From Octopus sinensis (Eukaryota), in contig NC_043026.1 in the NCBI RefSeq assembly GCF_006345805.1, positions 3,968,001 to 4,032,000 of the forward strand: DNA of 64,000 nt. The letters are read 5' to 3'. The notes under the pieces were generated by a model. That model saw nothing but the letters and a program-made list of their open reading frames with translations, ran no database searches and was not told the origin of the DNA. Positions 12,073-23,930 of the stretch are shown piece by piece. Made by a program: the position numbers and the translations under genes. Within the stretch, counting starts at the first letter, position 1, and every line of letters begins with the position of its first letter.

Positions 12073-12360
12073 TGTATAGGTACAAACATGGCTGTGTAGT
12101 AAGACGCTTGCTTTCTAACCACATGGTTCCGGGTTTAATCCACTGTGTGGCATTTTGGGTGTCTTTTACTATAGACTTGGTCTGACCAAAGCCCTCTGAG
12201 TGGATTTGGTAGATGGAAATGAGGAGAAGCTTGTCATGTGTGTATGTCCCAGCACCACTTGACAACTGGTGTTGGTGTGTTTACATCCCTGTAACTCAGC
12301 AGTTTTACAAAGAGACTAATAGAATAAATACCAGGCTTAATGAAAAAAATTAAGTACTGA
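11034..12360 (+). mobile_element. Cluster of family A and B SINE copies and fragments
   Basis: Family A at 11034-11378, 11520-11666, ~11890-12030, ~12085-12360; family B fragment 11667-11820. Confidence 0.75.
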
Positions 12361-12587
12361 GATCGTTAAAAACGATGTTAAAAACAATGATGATCATCAT
12401 CGTCATCATCGTTTAACATCCGCTTTCTATGCTGGCATGGGTTGGACGGTTTAACTGAAGACTAGCATTTTAGCACTTATTTCTAGCAATGTAGGTGTTT
12501 CTAACACCTAATTATTACTTAGTGACAATTATAATTTTCCTTTTGGTAAAACATTGCAAACTGCTGTGTATATGTGTATATGTATAT

Positions 12588-12977
12588 GAGCCCCGTGCTA
12601 GTAGGGTACCAAGAGCACCATCCGAACGCGATCGTTGCCAGAGTGGCTATCTGGCCTCCGTGCCAGTGGCACATAAAAGACACCATTCGAGCGTGATCGT
12701 TACCAAAGTCGCCTTACTGGCACCTGTGTCGGTGGCATGTGTAAAAGATTCAAGCGAGGTCGTTGCCAGTACCGCCTGACTGGCCCCATGCCGGTGGCAC
12801 GTAAAAGCACCCACTACACTCTCAGAGTGGTTGGCGTTAGGAACGGCATCCAGGTGTAGAAACTCTGCCAGATCAAGATTGGAGCCTGGTGCAGCCATCT
12901 GGTTCGCCAGCCCTCAGTCATTCGTCCAACCCATGCTAGCGTGGAAAGCGGACGTTAAATGATGATAATGATGATGA
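12588..12977 (+). mobile_element. Family E retroposon, long copy
   Basis: Internal GGTGGCACGTAAAA-type repeats, conserved tail, (GAT)n end. Confidence 0.8.
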
Positions 12978-12989
12978 TATATATATATA

Positions 12990-13160
12990 TAATTGCAGCG
13001 TGGAAGGTGTTTGTAAGCCATTTAAGAAACACACAAAAGCCGTTCGATTCACTTCAACATTTAAGTTTAATTTGTCAAAATATTTTCGTCGCTTAAGACC
13101 GCGACCTGTTCACTGACAAAAATCCGTGCTGCATCTCACTTGCTATGCAAGTACATCTCC
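12990..13160 (-). mobile_element. Hammerhead-bearing element, family P5
   Basis: Reverse complement of most of 20711-20912; carries an inverted copy of that element's terminal 23 nt at 13137-13159. Confidence 0.7.
13073..13118 (-). ncRNA. Type I hammerhead motif with G3-C8 compensatory core
   Basis: TGTCA-GTGAACA-G-GTCGC-GGTCTTAA-GCGAC-GAA-AATATT-T-TGACA: perfect 5-bp stems I and II, palindromic stem III. Confidence 0.7.
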
Positions 13161-13170
13161 CTATATATAT

Positions 13171-13402
13171 ATATTTCTTTACTGCCCACAAGGGGCTAAA
13201 CATAGAGGGGACAAACAAGGACAGACAAAGGGATTAACTCGATCACATCGACCCCAGTGCGTAACTGGTACTTTATTTATCGACCCCGAAGGGATGAAAG
13301 GCAAAGTCGACCTCGGCGGAATTTGAACTCAGAACGTAACGGCAGACGAAATACGGCTACGCATTTCGCCCGGTGTGCTAACGTTTCTGCCAGCTCACCG
13401 CC
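13171..13402 (-). mobile_element. Family B SINE monomer
   Basis: Complete head and body on the minus strand. Confidence 0.85.
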
Positions 13403-13420
13403 TTCATCTCCCTATATATA

Positions 13421-13847
13421 CTCTTTTTTTACTCTTTACTCTTTTACTTGTTTCAGTCATTTGACTGCGGCCATGCTGGAGCACCGCCTTCAGTCGAGCA
13501 AATCAACCCCAGGACTTATTCTTTGTAAGCCCAGTACTTATTCTATCGGTCTCTTTTGCCGAACCGCTAAGTGACGGGGACGTAAACACACCAGCATCGG
13601 TTGTCAAGCAATGCTAGGGGGACAAACACAGACACACAAACATATACACACACTTATATATATATATATATATACATATATACGACAGGCTTCTTTCAGT
13701 TTCCGTCTACCAAATCCACTCACAAGGCATTGGTCGGCCCGGGGCTATAGCAGAAGACACTCGCCCAAGATGCCACGCAGTGGGACTGAACCCCGAACCA
13801 TGTGGTTGGTTAGCAAGCTACTTACCACACAGCCACTCCTGCGCCTA
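13421..13847 (-). mobile_element. Family A CORE-type SINE, full length
   Basis: TAGGCGCAGGAGTGGCTGTGTGG head, internal (TA)n/(TG)n, tail GAAACAAGTAAAAGAGTAAAG. Confidence 0.9.
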
Positions 13848-14295
13848 TATATATATTAATTTATAAATAGCTTTCATTATTAAACACCATTTTATTATCC
13901 CATTATAATGTCTTCTGTTGTTTCAAACACTGATAAATGTTTATGTTAGTACATTACTTGCCAAAAGAAAGATTTGTATCTGTCATATGTTTAAGTTATG
14001 TACCTAACACCATTTTAATTATACCATTATATATATTCTTTTTTTTCTTGGAAGGAAAGACAAATATTGATATATTTATTAAGATGGTGTTTGGAATATA
14101 ACAAAAGACAAAATAATAAATAGTGTATTAAGGTGGCGTTTGGTACATAACAAGACAAATGCATACCAGTATATTAAGATATTTAGTATGTTAGACAATT
14201 GTTATTGGTGTATTAAGATGGTTTACGGAATATAACAAAAAAAAAAGTATTTGTATCATAAGATAGAATTTGGAACATAACAAGACAATTGTATA

Positions 14296-14622
14296 TAGGC
14301 GCAGGAGTGGCTGTGTGGTAAGTAGCTTGCTTATCAACCACATAGTTCCAGGGTCAGTCCCGCTGCATGGCATCTTGGGCAAGTGTCTTCTACTATAGCC
14401 TGGGCAAACCAAAGCTTTGTGAGTGAATTTGGGAGACGGAAATTGAAAGAAGCCCTTCGTATATATGTATATATATATATGCATGTGTGTGTTTGTGTGT
14501 CTGTGTTTGTCCCCCTCGCATTGCTTGACATCCGATACTGGTGTGTTTACATCCCCATAACCTAGCGGTTCGGCAAAAGAGACTGATAGAATAAGTATGA
14601 GGCTTACAAAGAATAAGTCCTG
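14296..14622 (+). mobile_element. Family A SINE, 3'-truncated
   Basis: A and B boxes, CCTTGGGCAAGT-like CORE motif, body to GAATAAGTCC. Confidence 0.85.
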
Positions 14623-14723
14623 ATTTGCCAAAATGAATTTGAAAGATAGCTGAACAAATGTTACGACTGATAATTCATGGTATGGGATATTCCAAAGAAA
14701 CAACATCAATTCTACTGATGGAG

Positions 14724-15665
14724 TGGAAGCACTCCATCGGTTACGACGATGAGGGTTCCGGTTGATCCGAATCAACGGAACAGCCTGCTCGTAAAATTAA
14801 CGTGTAAGTGGCTGAGCACTCCACAGACACGTGTACCCTTAACGTAGTTCTCGGGGATATTCAGCGTGACACAGAGAGTGACAAGGCCGGTCCTTTAAAA
14901 TACAGGTACAACAGAAACAGGAAGAAAGAGTGAGAGAAAGTTGTGGTGAAAGAGTACAGCAGGGATCACCACCATCCCCTGGCGGAGCCTCGGATGGAAG
15001 CACTCAGTCGGTTACGACGACGAGGGTTCCGGTTGATCCGAATCAACGGAACAGCCTGCTCATGAAATTAACGTGTAAGTGGCTGAGCACTCCACAGACA
15101 CGTGTACCCTTAACGTAGTTCTCGAGAATATTCAGTGTGACACAGAGAGTGACAAGACCGGCCCTTTGAAATAAAGGTACAACAGAAACAGGAAGTAAGA
15201 GTGAGAGAAAGTTGTGGTGAAAGAGTACAGCAGGGATCACCACCATCCCCTGCCGGAGCCTCGGATGGAAGCACTCAGTCGGTTACGACGACGAGGGTTC
15301 CGGTTGATCCGAATCAACAGAACAGCCTGCTCGTGAAATTAACGTGTAAGTGGCTGAGCACTTCACAGACACGTGTACCCTTAACGTAGTTCTCGGGAAT
15401 ATTCAGCGTGACACAGAGAGTGACAAGGCCGGCCCTTTGAAATACAGGTACAACAGAAACAGGAAGTAAGAGTGAGAGAGAAAGTTGTGGTGAAAGAGTA
15501 CAGCAGGGATCACCACCATCCCCTGCCGGAGCCTCGTGGAGCTTTTAGGTGTTTTCGCTGAATAAACACTGGGAATCGAAACACTGGGAATAAACACTGG
15601 GAATCGAAACCGCGATCCTATGCCCGCGATTCCACTGCCCTAACCACTGGGCCATTGCGCCTCCA
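14724..15665 (-). mobile_element. Family D SINE with 271-bp body repeated three times
   Basis: Units start TGGAAGCACT at 14724, 14995 and 15266; one rearranged head at ~15540-15665. Confidence 0.9.
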
Positions 15666-15709
15666 CGTGTGTGTATATATACTGTGAGAAACGGAGATGA
15701 ATCAACAGA

Positions 15710-15782
<73 letters not shown>

Positions 15783-16039
15783 GACAGACATGCATGCGTG
15801 CTAACGAACAAAACTCTCGTCCCTAGAGTAACCTTGTTGATTTTACTATTTTACTGGTTTCAGTCATTTGACTGTGGCCATGCTGGAGCACCACCTTTAG
15901 TCGAGCAAATTGACTCCAGGACTTATTCTTTGTAAGCCTAGTACTTATTCTATCGGTCTCTTTTGCTGAACTGCAAAGTTACGAGTCCGCTGCCCTAACC
16001 ACTGGGCCATTGCGCCTCCAATCAACACTAAACCTATAC

Positions 16040-16650
16040 AGTGAGGTGAGAGGTAAACATTCTTGGCATCACTCAGCAAGACTTTTGTTAGCCGCTCTCC
16101 AGCCATCTATTTAAAACTGTATACAGCTATGGTACGACCACACTTGGAATTCGCATCATCAGTTTGGAATCCCTATCTTGCTCAGAACATTGACCTCCTG
16201 GAATCTGTCCAGAGACGTGCAACCAAACGCATACCCTCCATCAGACACCTACCATATTCTGAGCGCCTTGTTTCCCTGGGCATGGATTCACTGAAGCTCC
16301 GGCGTCTAGCGACGGACTTGGTAAACACCCACAAGGTTATCAACCACCTCACCAACAACAACACTGAACACCTTTTTGATCTCCATGTGTCTAACACACG
16401 TGGACATGCCTACAGAGTCGGAGGGCAGCACGGCTCCCATGGCTTTCGGAGACATTTTTTCACGCTCAGGGTTGCTGAAGCGTGGAATAAACTGCCTGCA
16501 TCAGTTGTTGACTGCCATGACACTGCAACCTTTAAGGCCCTCATGCTTCCCGAAATCCGTCAAAACTACACCTGATTATATATACACTTTAGATGAGTTG
16601 TAGTGCACCTGAGCACTGTACACAATTATTATTATTATTATTTTATTATT
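16040..16650 (+). mobile_element. CR1-group LINE ORF2 C-terminus and 3' UTR (family CR1-a), 5'-truncated
   Basis: ORF 16063-16575 has LYTAMVRPHLEFASSVWNPY, LESVQRRATK, RGHAYRV and FFTLRVAEAWNKLP; (ATT)n tail. Confidence 0.9.
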
Positions 16651-17039
16651 GTCAAACAATGCTTAAGAAAACCAAGCAAAAGCAAGGGAGATAACTCAAA
16701 ACCAAAACCGAGATTTTCTTCCTTTTTTTTTCTAATGAATTGATGTACTAAAATCTCTTATTAGAATAAGCTGATGATGGATAAAAAAATCCTCAATCTA
16801 ATCATAACCGCATGATTGTTGGACTAACTGTTTTGCTGCTTGGCTGTGTGAGTTATTGAGAAAAGAGGGGAAAATAGGCCATCAATTGTACAGTTAATGA
16901 CACAGAAACAATATATATGGTATTTAGAGTCAATACAGGAATTTCTGTTAAGTCAACAGAAATCAATCATTCCAAAAATGTTACAGAGATGTTTACTATA
17001 TAACATAACCCAGGTCAGGCACTTTCTGAGACGGTATGT

Positions 17040-17062
17040 GTGTGAGAGAGAGAGAGAGAGAG

Positions 17063-17106
<44 letters not shown>

Positions 17107-17406
17107 ACACATACACACGCACACACACACACACTTACATACACACACTTACATACACACACATATACATACACACACAGACATACACACAGACATACAC
17201 ACACGCACGCATACACACACACATACACACAGGCACGCACACACACGCACACACACGCACGCACACACACACACACATACACACATACACATACACACAC
17301 ATACACACACACATACACACATACACACACATACACGCACACACATACACACACAAATACACACACATACACACACACACACATACACATACACACATAT
17401 ACACAT

Positions 17407-17451
<45 letters not shown>

Positions 17452-17452
17452 C
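17040..17452. repeat. (GA)n/(CA)n/CATA compound microsatellite
   Basis: Direct inspection. Confidence 0.95.
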
Positions 17453-18004
17453 ATAGCATGAATGAATAAGTGGGTGAGTGGAGCGAGAGATAGATGTACA
17501 AGGTGAAAGAGATATAGCGTAGTGGGTAAGATAGACAGAAAGTGAAAGGTAGAGAGGGATCAAACAAGAGGTAGAGAGTGAGTAGGAGGTGTGGTGCGAG
17601 TGAGGGGTAGATGGATGGATAGAAGGATGGATGGATGGATGGATGGATGGATGGGTAGATAGCTAAACAGTGTCAAAGACAAAAGTGTTTGCCAGAGTAA
17701 ATACATGAATGGGGAGAAACAGAGTAGGAGAGATGCAGCCTAAGGGAGGGAGGGAGGGAGGGAGGAGGAAGAGAGAGAGAGAGAGAGAGAGAATGAGTGA
17801 TAAAGTAAGAGCAATAGAGAGAGAGAGGTACATAGATAAACAGAGAACACAATATGAAGGGATATATACATATATATATATATATGGCCTGCTCGCTTAG
17901 CCAGCGGGGTGGCGTCATTTGAAGGCTGAGACAATGCGAAGCGCATTGTGACCAGCGATGTGTAGCAACATCTGATAGCCTGGTCAGTCAATAGTGATCA
18001 CGGC

Positions 18005-18028
18005 GATATATATATATATATAATATAT

Positions 18029-18081
<53 letters not shown>

Positions 18082-18205
18082 ACATATATTATATATATTA
18101 TATATTATTATATTATATATATATATATATAGATATCTATATATATATATATATATATATTATATATTATATTATATATATATTTTATATATTATATATT
18201 ATATA

Positions 18206-18250
<45 letters not shown>

Positions 18251-18385
18251 AAGAGAGAGATGAGAGCGACAACTGAGAGGCAAACACTAAAAGGGAGACA
18301 GAGTGACAGAGAGAGAGAGAGAGGGGTGGGGGTGGAGAGAAAGAGAGGAGGTGGAGAGAAAGAGAGAGAAAGAAAATGAGTGACA
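18005..18385. repeat. (TA)n followed by GA-rich repeats
   Basis: Direct inspection. Confidence 0.9.
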
Positions 18386-18972
18386 GAGGTAATAACGGTA
18401 TGAAAAATGCTGGCAGCTAGCAGTAACTAAAGGAAACTAGTCTAGTACAAACACCGAAGGAAGAATCAATATGTATTTATAGAAAAAATGGGGGAAAAGG
18501 TTAGTTCAACCCTAACTATTAAAAATTAATCATAATATTCATCATGTTAAAGGAATTTGATGAGATATTTAGTTTTGGGAGTTTTTTTTTTTTTGATTTT
18601 TTTTTTGTTTGTTTGTGTTATTTTATTTCTGCTTCGTCAGAGAATGAAGGCGATAAGCCCCTGACCCTTTTTTTTTTTTTATTTTTTGTCATCGGCATGG
18701 AGACTGGTGGTGTCGGTGGTGGCAGTGGTAGTGGTAATGTGACATATGTGGGGGGATGGGGGGGGTTTAGAAAACGGTGAGGTGGGGGTGAGACACCAAG
18801 ACACACAGATTACTATAGAAGAAAGCTGTACGTCGCAATATTGCATTTGTTACTCACACACAGTCCCACACAGACTTGGCCCCTAATGCTCTTGACAATA
18901 CAAGTGCAGAGGGACGAGAAGGGAAACTCTGTCAAAGACATCCAAAAGTAACCAGGAGTTAACCAAAGCATT

Positions 18973-19568
18973 AGAGCTGGCAGAAACGTTAGCATGCCAG
19001 GCGAAATGCCTAGCAGTACTTCGTCTGCCGTTACATTCTGAGTTCAAATTCCGCCGAGGTCGACTTTGCCTTTCATCCTTTCGGGGTCGATAAATTAAGT
19101 ACCAGTTACGCACAGGGGTCAATGTAATCAACTTAATACTTATGTCTGTCCCTGTTTGTCCCCTCTGTGTTTAGCCCCTTGTGGGTAGTAAAGAAATAGG
19201 TATTTCGTCTGCCACTGCTGTTCTGAGTTCAAATTCCGCAAGGTCGACTTTGCCTTTCACCTTTCGGGGTCGATTAAAAAATGTACCAGTTACGCACTGG
19301 GGTCGATGTAATCGACTTAATACCTATGTCTGTCCTTGTTTGTCCCCTCGTGGTTTACCCCTTGTGGGTATGTAAAGAAATAGGTAGTTATCTGTCGTTA
19401 CGTTCTGGGTTCAAATTCCGCCGAGGTCGACTTTGCCTTTCAATCCTTTCGGGTGTCGATAAATTAAGTACCAGTTACGCACTGGGGTCGATGTAATCGA
19501 CTTAATACCTATGTCTGTCCTTGGTTGTCCTCTCTATGCTTAGCCCCTTGTGGGCAGTAAAGAAAAAG
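18973..19568 (+). mobile_element. Family B SINE trimer
   Basis: One head plus three ~185-bp bodies. Confidence 0.85.
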
Positions 19569-19751
19569 GCATTAGATTAACTCTTCCAATCCATAAGAGG
19601 AATTGTTTCTATCTCTGGTGACGTTCCATACAATATTCCATCCAGTCCACCAAATTTTACTCCCCAAATACCAAAACTTTCCCAAGGTCTTGCATGGTGA
19701 GACCAGATCGCAAAACCACATACTTACAAAGGGATCTTCATAATCCTATCT

Positions 19752-20162
19752 CTTTTTTCTCTTTTTACTTGTTTCAGTCATTTGACTGTGGCCATGCTGG
19801 AGCACCGCCTTTAGTCGAGCAATCGGACCCGGGACTTATTCTTTTTGTAAGCCCAGTACTTATTCTATTGGTCTCTTTTGCCGAACCGCTAAGTGACGGG
19901 GACATAAACACACTAGCATCGGTTGTCAAGCAATGCTAGGGGGACAAACACAGACACACAAACACATACACACATACACATATATACATATATATATACA
20001 TCAGGCTTCTTTCAGTTTCCATCTACCAAATCCATTCACAAGGCACTGGTCGGCCCGAGGCTATAGCAGAAGACACTTGCCCAAGATGCCACGCAGTGGT
20101 ACTGAACCCAGAACCATGTGGTTGGTAAGCAAACTACTTACCACACAGCCACTCCTGCGCCT
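19752..20162 (-). mobile_element. Family A SINE, full length
   Basis: Matches 13421-13847. Confidence 0.9.
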
Positions 20163-20274
20163 TAGACATAATTGTTAAAAATTAATATTAAATAATTAAC
20201 AATAACGTTAAATAAACTTGGGAAGATGTTTCATTAGCTTCACCATCATCACGACCATCATCGTTGTTGTCAAA

Positions 20275-20612
20275 AAGCTCCATTCAAGCATGATCGTTGC
20301 CAGCATCGCCTTACTGGCACATGTACTGGTGGCACGTGAAAAACAACATTCGAACGTGGTCGTTGCCAGTGCCGCCGGACTGTCTCCCGTGCAGGTACCA
20401 CATAAAAAAACATCTTTTGAGCATGGTTGTTGCCAGAACCGCCTGACTGGCACTCATGCCGGTGGCACATAAAAGCACCCACTGCACTCTCCGAGTGGTT
20501 GGCATTAGGAAGGGCATCCAGCTGTAGAAACTTTGCCAGATCAGATTGAGCCTGGTGCAGCCTTCTGGCTCACCAGTCCTCAGTCGAACCCTGCAACCCA
20601 TGCCAGCATGTG
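20275..20612 (+). mobile_element. Family E retroposon, diverged
   Basis: Conserved GGTTGGCATTAGGAAGGGCATCCAGCTGTAGAAAC block. Confidence 0.75.
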
Positions 20613-20728
20613 AAGAGTGTGTCACGCTCCAATGGTTATGGAAAAAGATTAATGCTGGCTTTGAGCCTAAATGCTTGTGAAGACAAGTTTACCTGGATAA
20701 TATAAGAAGTCGATGCAGCACGGAATTT

Positions 20729-20775
20729 TGTCAGTGAACAGGTCGTGGTCCCAAAGCGACGAAAATATTTTAACA
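20729..20775 (+). ncRNA. Second G3-C8 hammerhead motif (P5)
   Basis: TGTCA-GTGAACA-G-GTCGT-GGTCCCAAA-GCGAC-GAA-AATATT-T-TAACA; one stem I mismatch and one G-U pair in stem II. Confidence 0.65.
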
Positions 20776-21294
20776 AATTAAATTTAAATGTTGAAGTGAA
20801 TCTAACGGATTTTGTGTGTTTCTTAAATGGCTTATAAACACCTTCCATGCTGCAATTGTTTTCGTTCCAGCACACGATCACAGATCAGGTCACTTGCTAT
20901 GCAAGTACATCTTTGTAATAAGAAGTTGACTTATTGAATATAGTGCTAAGGTACACAACAACTCTATCATGTAAGGTTAAAAGAGGGGACAAAAAGCAGT
21001 AATAAATAAAGTAAAGACAGCAATAAAACTTAGAAGTACATACATAGTACTTCAATTTTGCATGGTTGTGAGGTCACAAATAGCAATGAAAGGACTTTGA
21101 CAAACAAACAACTGACTGATTGTTTAATGAACACATTAAAGAAACAATCGATTAATTAGTTGATTAGATATTAACCAACCGACTAACAATAATGAACTGA
21201 TAATGAAACAGTGTGCACATGTTTGTTATTATTGGCATTATGACCCTCCCAAGATGCATGCAGAGTCCATAGGATGAAATACAAAAAGACAGAA

Positions 21295-21905
21295 AAGTGA
21301 ACATTAAAAGAGGGTCATTCGGAATGCTCACAGCAGCCATATTCCTACCGCTCTATGTCACGCTGGTGAGACCCATATTGGAGTACGGGATTCAAGCCTC
21401 TTCTCCTTATCTCCTCAAAGACATACATCATCTCGAAAGAGTCCAGAAGCTGGCTACCCGCATGGTTCTTGGTCTCAAGCATTTGTCTTATGAAGAAAGG
21501 CTGAAGACGCTCGACCTTTATTCTCTAGAAAAACGACGACGCCGTGGTGATCTCATTCTTGCTCACAACATCATAAGTGGAAAGTGTAACCTCTCGAAAG
21601 AGCTGTTCTTCACTCCTGCTGCAGAGCGTCGGCTGCGGGGTCACACAGAAAAGCTCTATCTGCGACGATTTCATTTCAGTCGAAGGAGAGGAGCTTTCTC
21701 CGTCCGGGTTGCGGATCCGTGGAATAAGCTGCTGGACGAGATGGTGAAGATGCCGACGACCGCTTTGTTCAAAGTCTCCCTTGACCACAAGTGGCCTGAA
21801 CTCTTTACATGAACACCACCCTGTACATAACTCCATGTCCCCCTACATGGCCTTGCGTTTTGCTTTTTGAGCCAAAAAATTAACTTAACTAACTTAACTT
21901 AACTC
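21295..21905 (+). mobile_element. CR1-group LINE ORF2 C-terminus and 3' UTR (family CR1-b)
   Basis: ORF 21297-21812 has LYVTLVRPILEY, LERVQKLATR, YEERLKTL and RVADPWNKL; (CTTAA)-type tail. Confidence 0.9.
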
Positions 21906-22230
21906 ACTAAGAGCAAAGCATGAACAGGCATGTCCAGAGCAGCACTGGCAGATTTTGGTAAGCATGAAGACAATTAACAATCAATGTGGGTAGTTTATTC
22001 CATGCTTCAACAATTCTGACAATTATTAAGGTGTTTAGGCTAGGAGTACAACAAGACTGTATATGATGAATGATGTGACACCAGACTGTTACAAGGTTCA
22101 CAGCCCGTCCTGACAATCCCTTGCTGTTTGTACTCATTTTCAGTTGAATGTACTGGAGTAATAGCAAATGAAGTACCTTGTTCAAGGACATAATCCCTGG
22201 AGAAGGACATCATAATCCCTGGAGAAGGAT

Positions 22231-22520
22231 AGGATAGAACTGACTGGAGGACACTGATCCATCGAGTGACTGAGAGTCGACTTCGACTGAACGTGTATAT
22301 ATATATATATATATATATATTTTATATATATATACAGAATGGTCAGTGGCAAGAGAGGAAGAGGCCGACCAAGAACCCGCTGGATTGACACCATCAAGAG
22401 TGATACCGGAATGGACATAACCAATCTGAAAGAAGCGGCCCAGGATAGAACTGACTGGAGGACACTGATCCAACGAGTGACCGAGAGTCGATTTCGACTA
22501 AGCGGTTAGAGAGAGAGAGA
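22231..22520 (+). mobile_element. RTE (BovB-like) LINE 3' ends, two pieces
   Basis: 22339-22509 encodes MVSGKRGRGRPRTRWIDTIKSDTGMDITNLKEAAQDRTDWRTLIQRVTESRFRLSG* followed by (GA)n; a shorter copy lies at 22231-22295. Confidence 0.8.
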
Positions 22521-23305
22521 GTCTGATTCAAGAACTGAACCCATGACCCGAACCCAACATCCTTAATCACTCAGCTACATACTGAGAACATAAAAAGGGT
22601 CAAAGGGCACTGTCTTTCCATCACTGGGTTCAACAGTAAATAGATTTTTAAAAACAATCAAATATTTTAGCTCACCATTGTTTCAAAATTGATAAAGTAA
22701 GTTCTAGTAAGTCAATCTCATTGACTAAAGAGTGAGAAAAAAAAATTTTTTTTTTTCCCCCTTTTATCATTCCAGAAGGCAATTTTTCGGAGAAAGTCAA
22801 TTTTTTTGAGAAATTGTCCCAGTAAGTCAACCATAATTGCCTAACGAAAGAAAGTTAAAAAGCTCAAACCTCACCCACCACACACCTCATCCCTCCAAAA
22901 TTGTCCTAGTAAGGCAACAATGTAAACCCAATAAAAAAAATCCTTTCAAAATGTCATAGTAAGTCAGCTATCTATACATTTAAATATAAAAAAACAAGCG
23001 CAAACTTTTCCCCTTTAACCCTTCCAAAATTGTCCTAGTAAGCAACAATCTGAAAAAAAAAAAAAAAAATCAGGCTCAAATTTCTTACTCCCTTCATTAC
23101 TCCAAAATTGTCCAAGTAAATCAACATCCTTATATTTTCCCAAGAAAATTAAACACCCAAATTTTATCCCCCTTATTTCCAAAATTGTCCCAATAAAATA
23201 TTCATCAATACTAGCAGTTCTCCTATGGACCCCTTTGATTTTTTTTCCTATGAACCCTTTTGATTTCTATATCACTCAAGTGGACGCCCCCTAACCACTG
23301 AATAA

Positions 23306-23518
23306 TCCTTAATCATTCAAATTACGTTGTCAAAAGTAATGCTTATTAATTTGCATTTAATCAAGTATTATCTCACAGCTTTGAGATTTCAATGATGTGA
23401 TTGTGTTTTTAGAATGACATTGTAGGGCAGGTGCAAGAGGGCCACATTTTGACAGTTTGAACATAAAACAGGTAGAATATTTGGGCAAATATGGCCAGTT
23501 TAAATGCTAAAGAGTTAA
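23306..23518. mobile_element. Degenerate TTAA-ended MITE
   Basis: Right end AAATGCTAAAGAGTTAA; left end eroded; related half at ~61705-61830. Confidence 0.45.
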
Positions 23519-23714
23519 AAAAATATTTTCGTACTCTTGTAATTAAATATTTTGGGGAATTGTATAACAATTTGTTAAAAATACCATTCTGCCTAAAAAA
23601 TGGATCTACAAATTCAATATCCCTACATATCTCACATCTATTTTCATTCCTCCACCTCACTCTCTATTTTGTATCCCATCTAAATTAACTATTACTTAAC
23701 CATCCTCTCACACT

Positions 23715-23766
23715 GTCTCCAATAAAGGGATATAATTAATAAATATCCTAGAAATAGCTGTAAGAC
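23715..23766 (+). ncRNA. Decayed hammerhead motif (family P3)
   Basis: GTCT-CCAATAA-AGGGATAT...ATATCCTA-GAAA-TAGCTG-TA-AGAC; the host element 23560-23835 is the reverse complement of 39240-39500. Confidence 0.5.
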
Positions 23767-23897
23767 CCTTCTATCTATAAATGTTCTAATATCTACACAG
23801 CCTTGGTTTTTTTATCTCATTACACAAAAAATTCTTATATGGGAATTAATATAACCAATTTAGTGCAAATAAATTTTAACAACAAAATCTTAACCAT

Positions 23898-23899
<2 letters not shown>

Positions 23900-23930
<31 letters not shown>

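Noticed and set aside
16771-16800. CTGATGA followed by a GGAT/ATCC stem (similar partial hits at 18640 and 48650 on the minus strand)
   Set aside because: No GAAA plus closing stem I; expected by chance.
16985-17038. Possible plus-strand exon ending ACG|GTATGT
   Set aside because: Weak evidence; no recognisable peptide.
18858-18932. Possible minus-strand exon (TTTGACAG...GT|GTGAGT)
   Set aside because: Plausible splice motifs, but the short peptides are unrecognisable and nothing else supports it.
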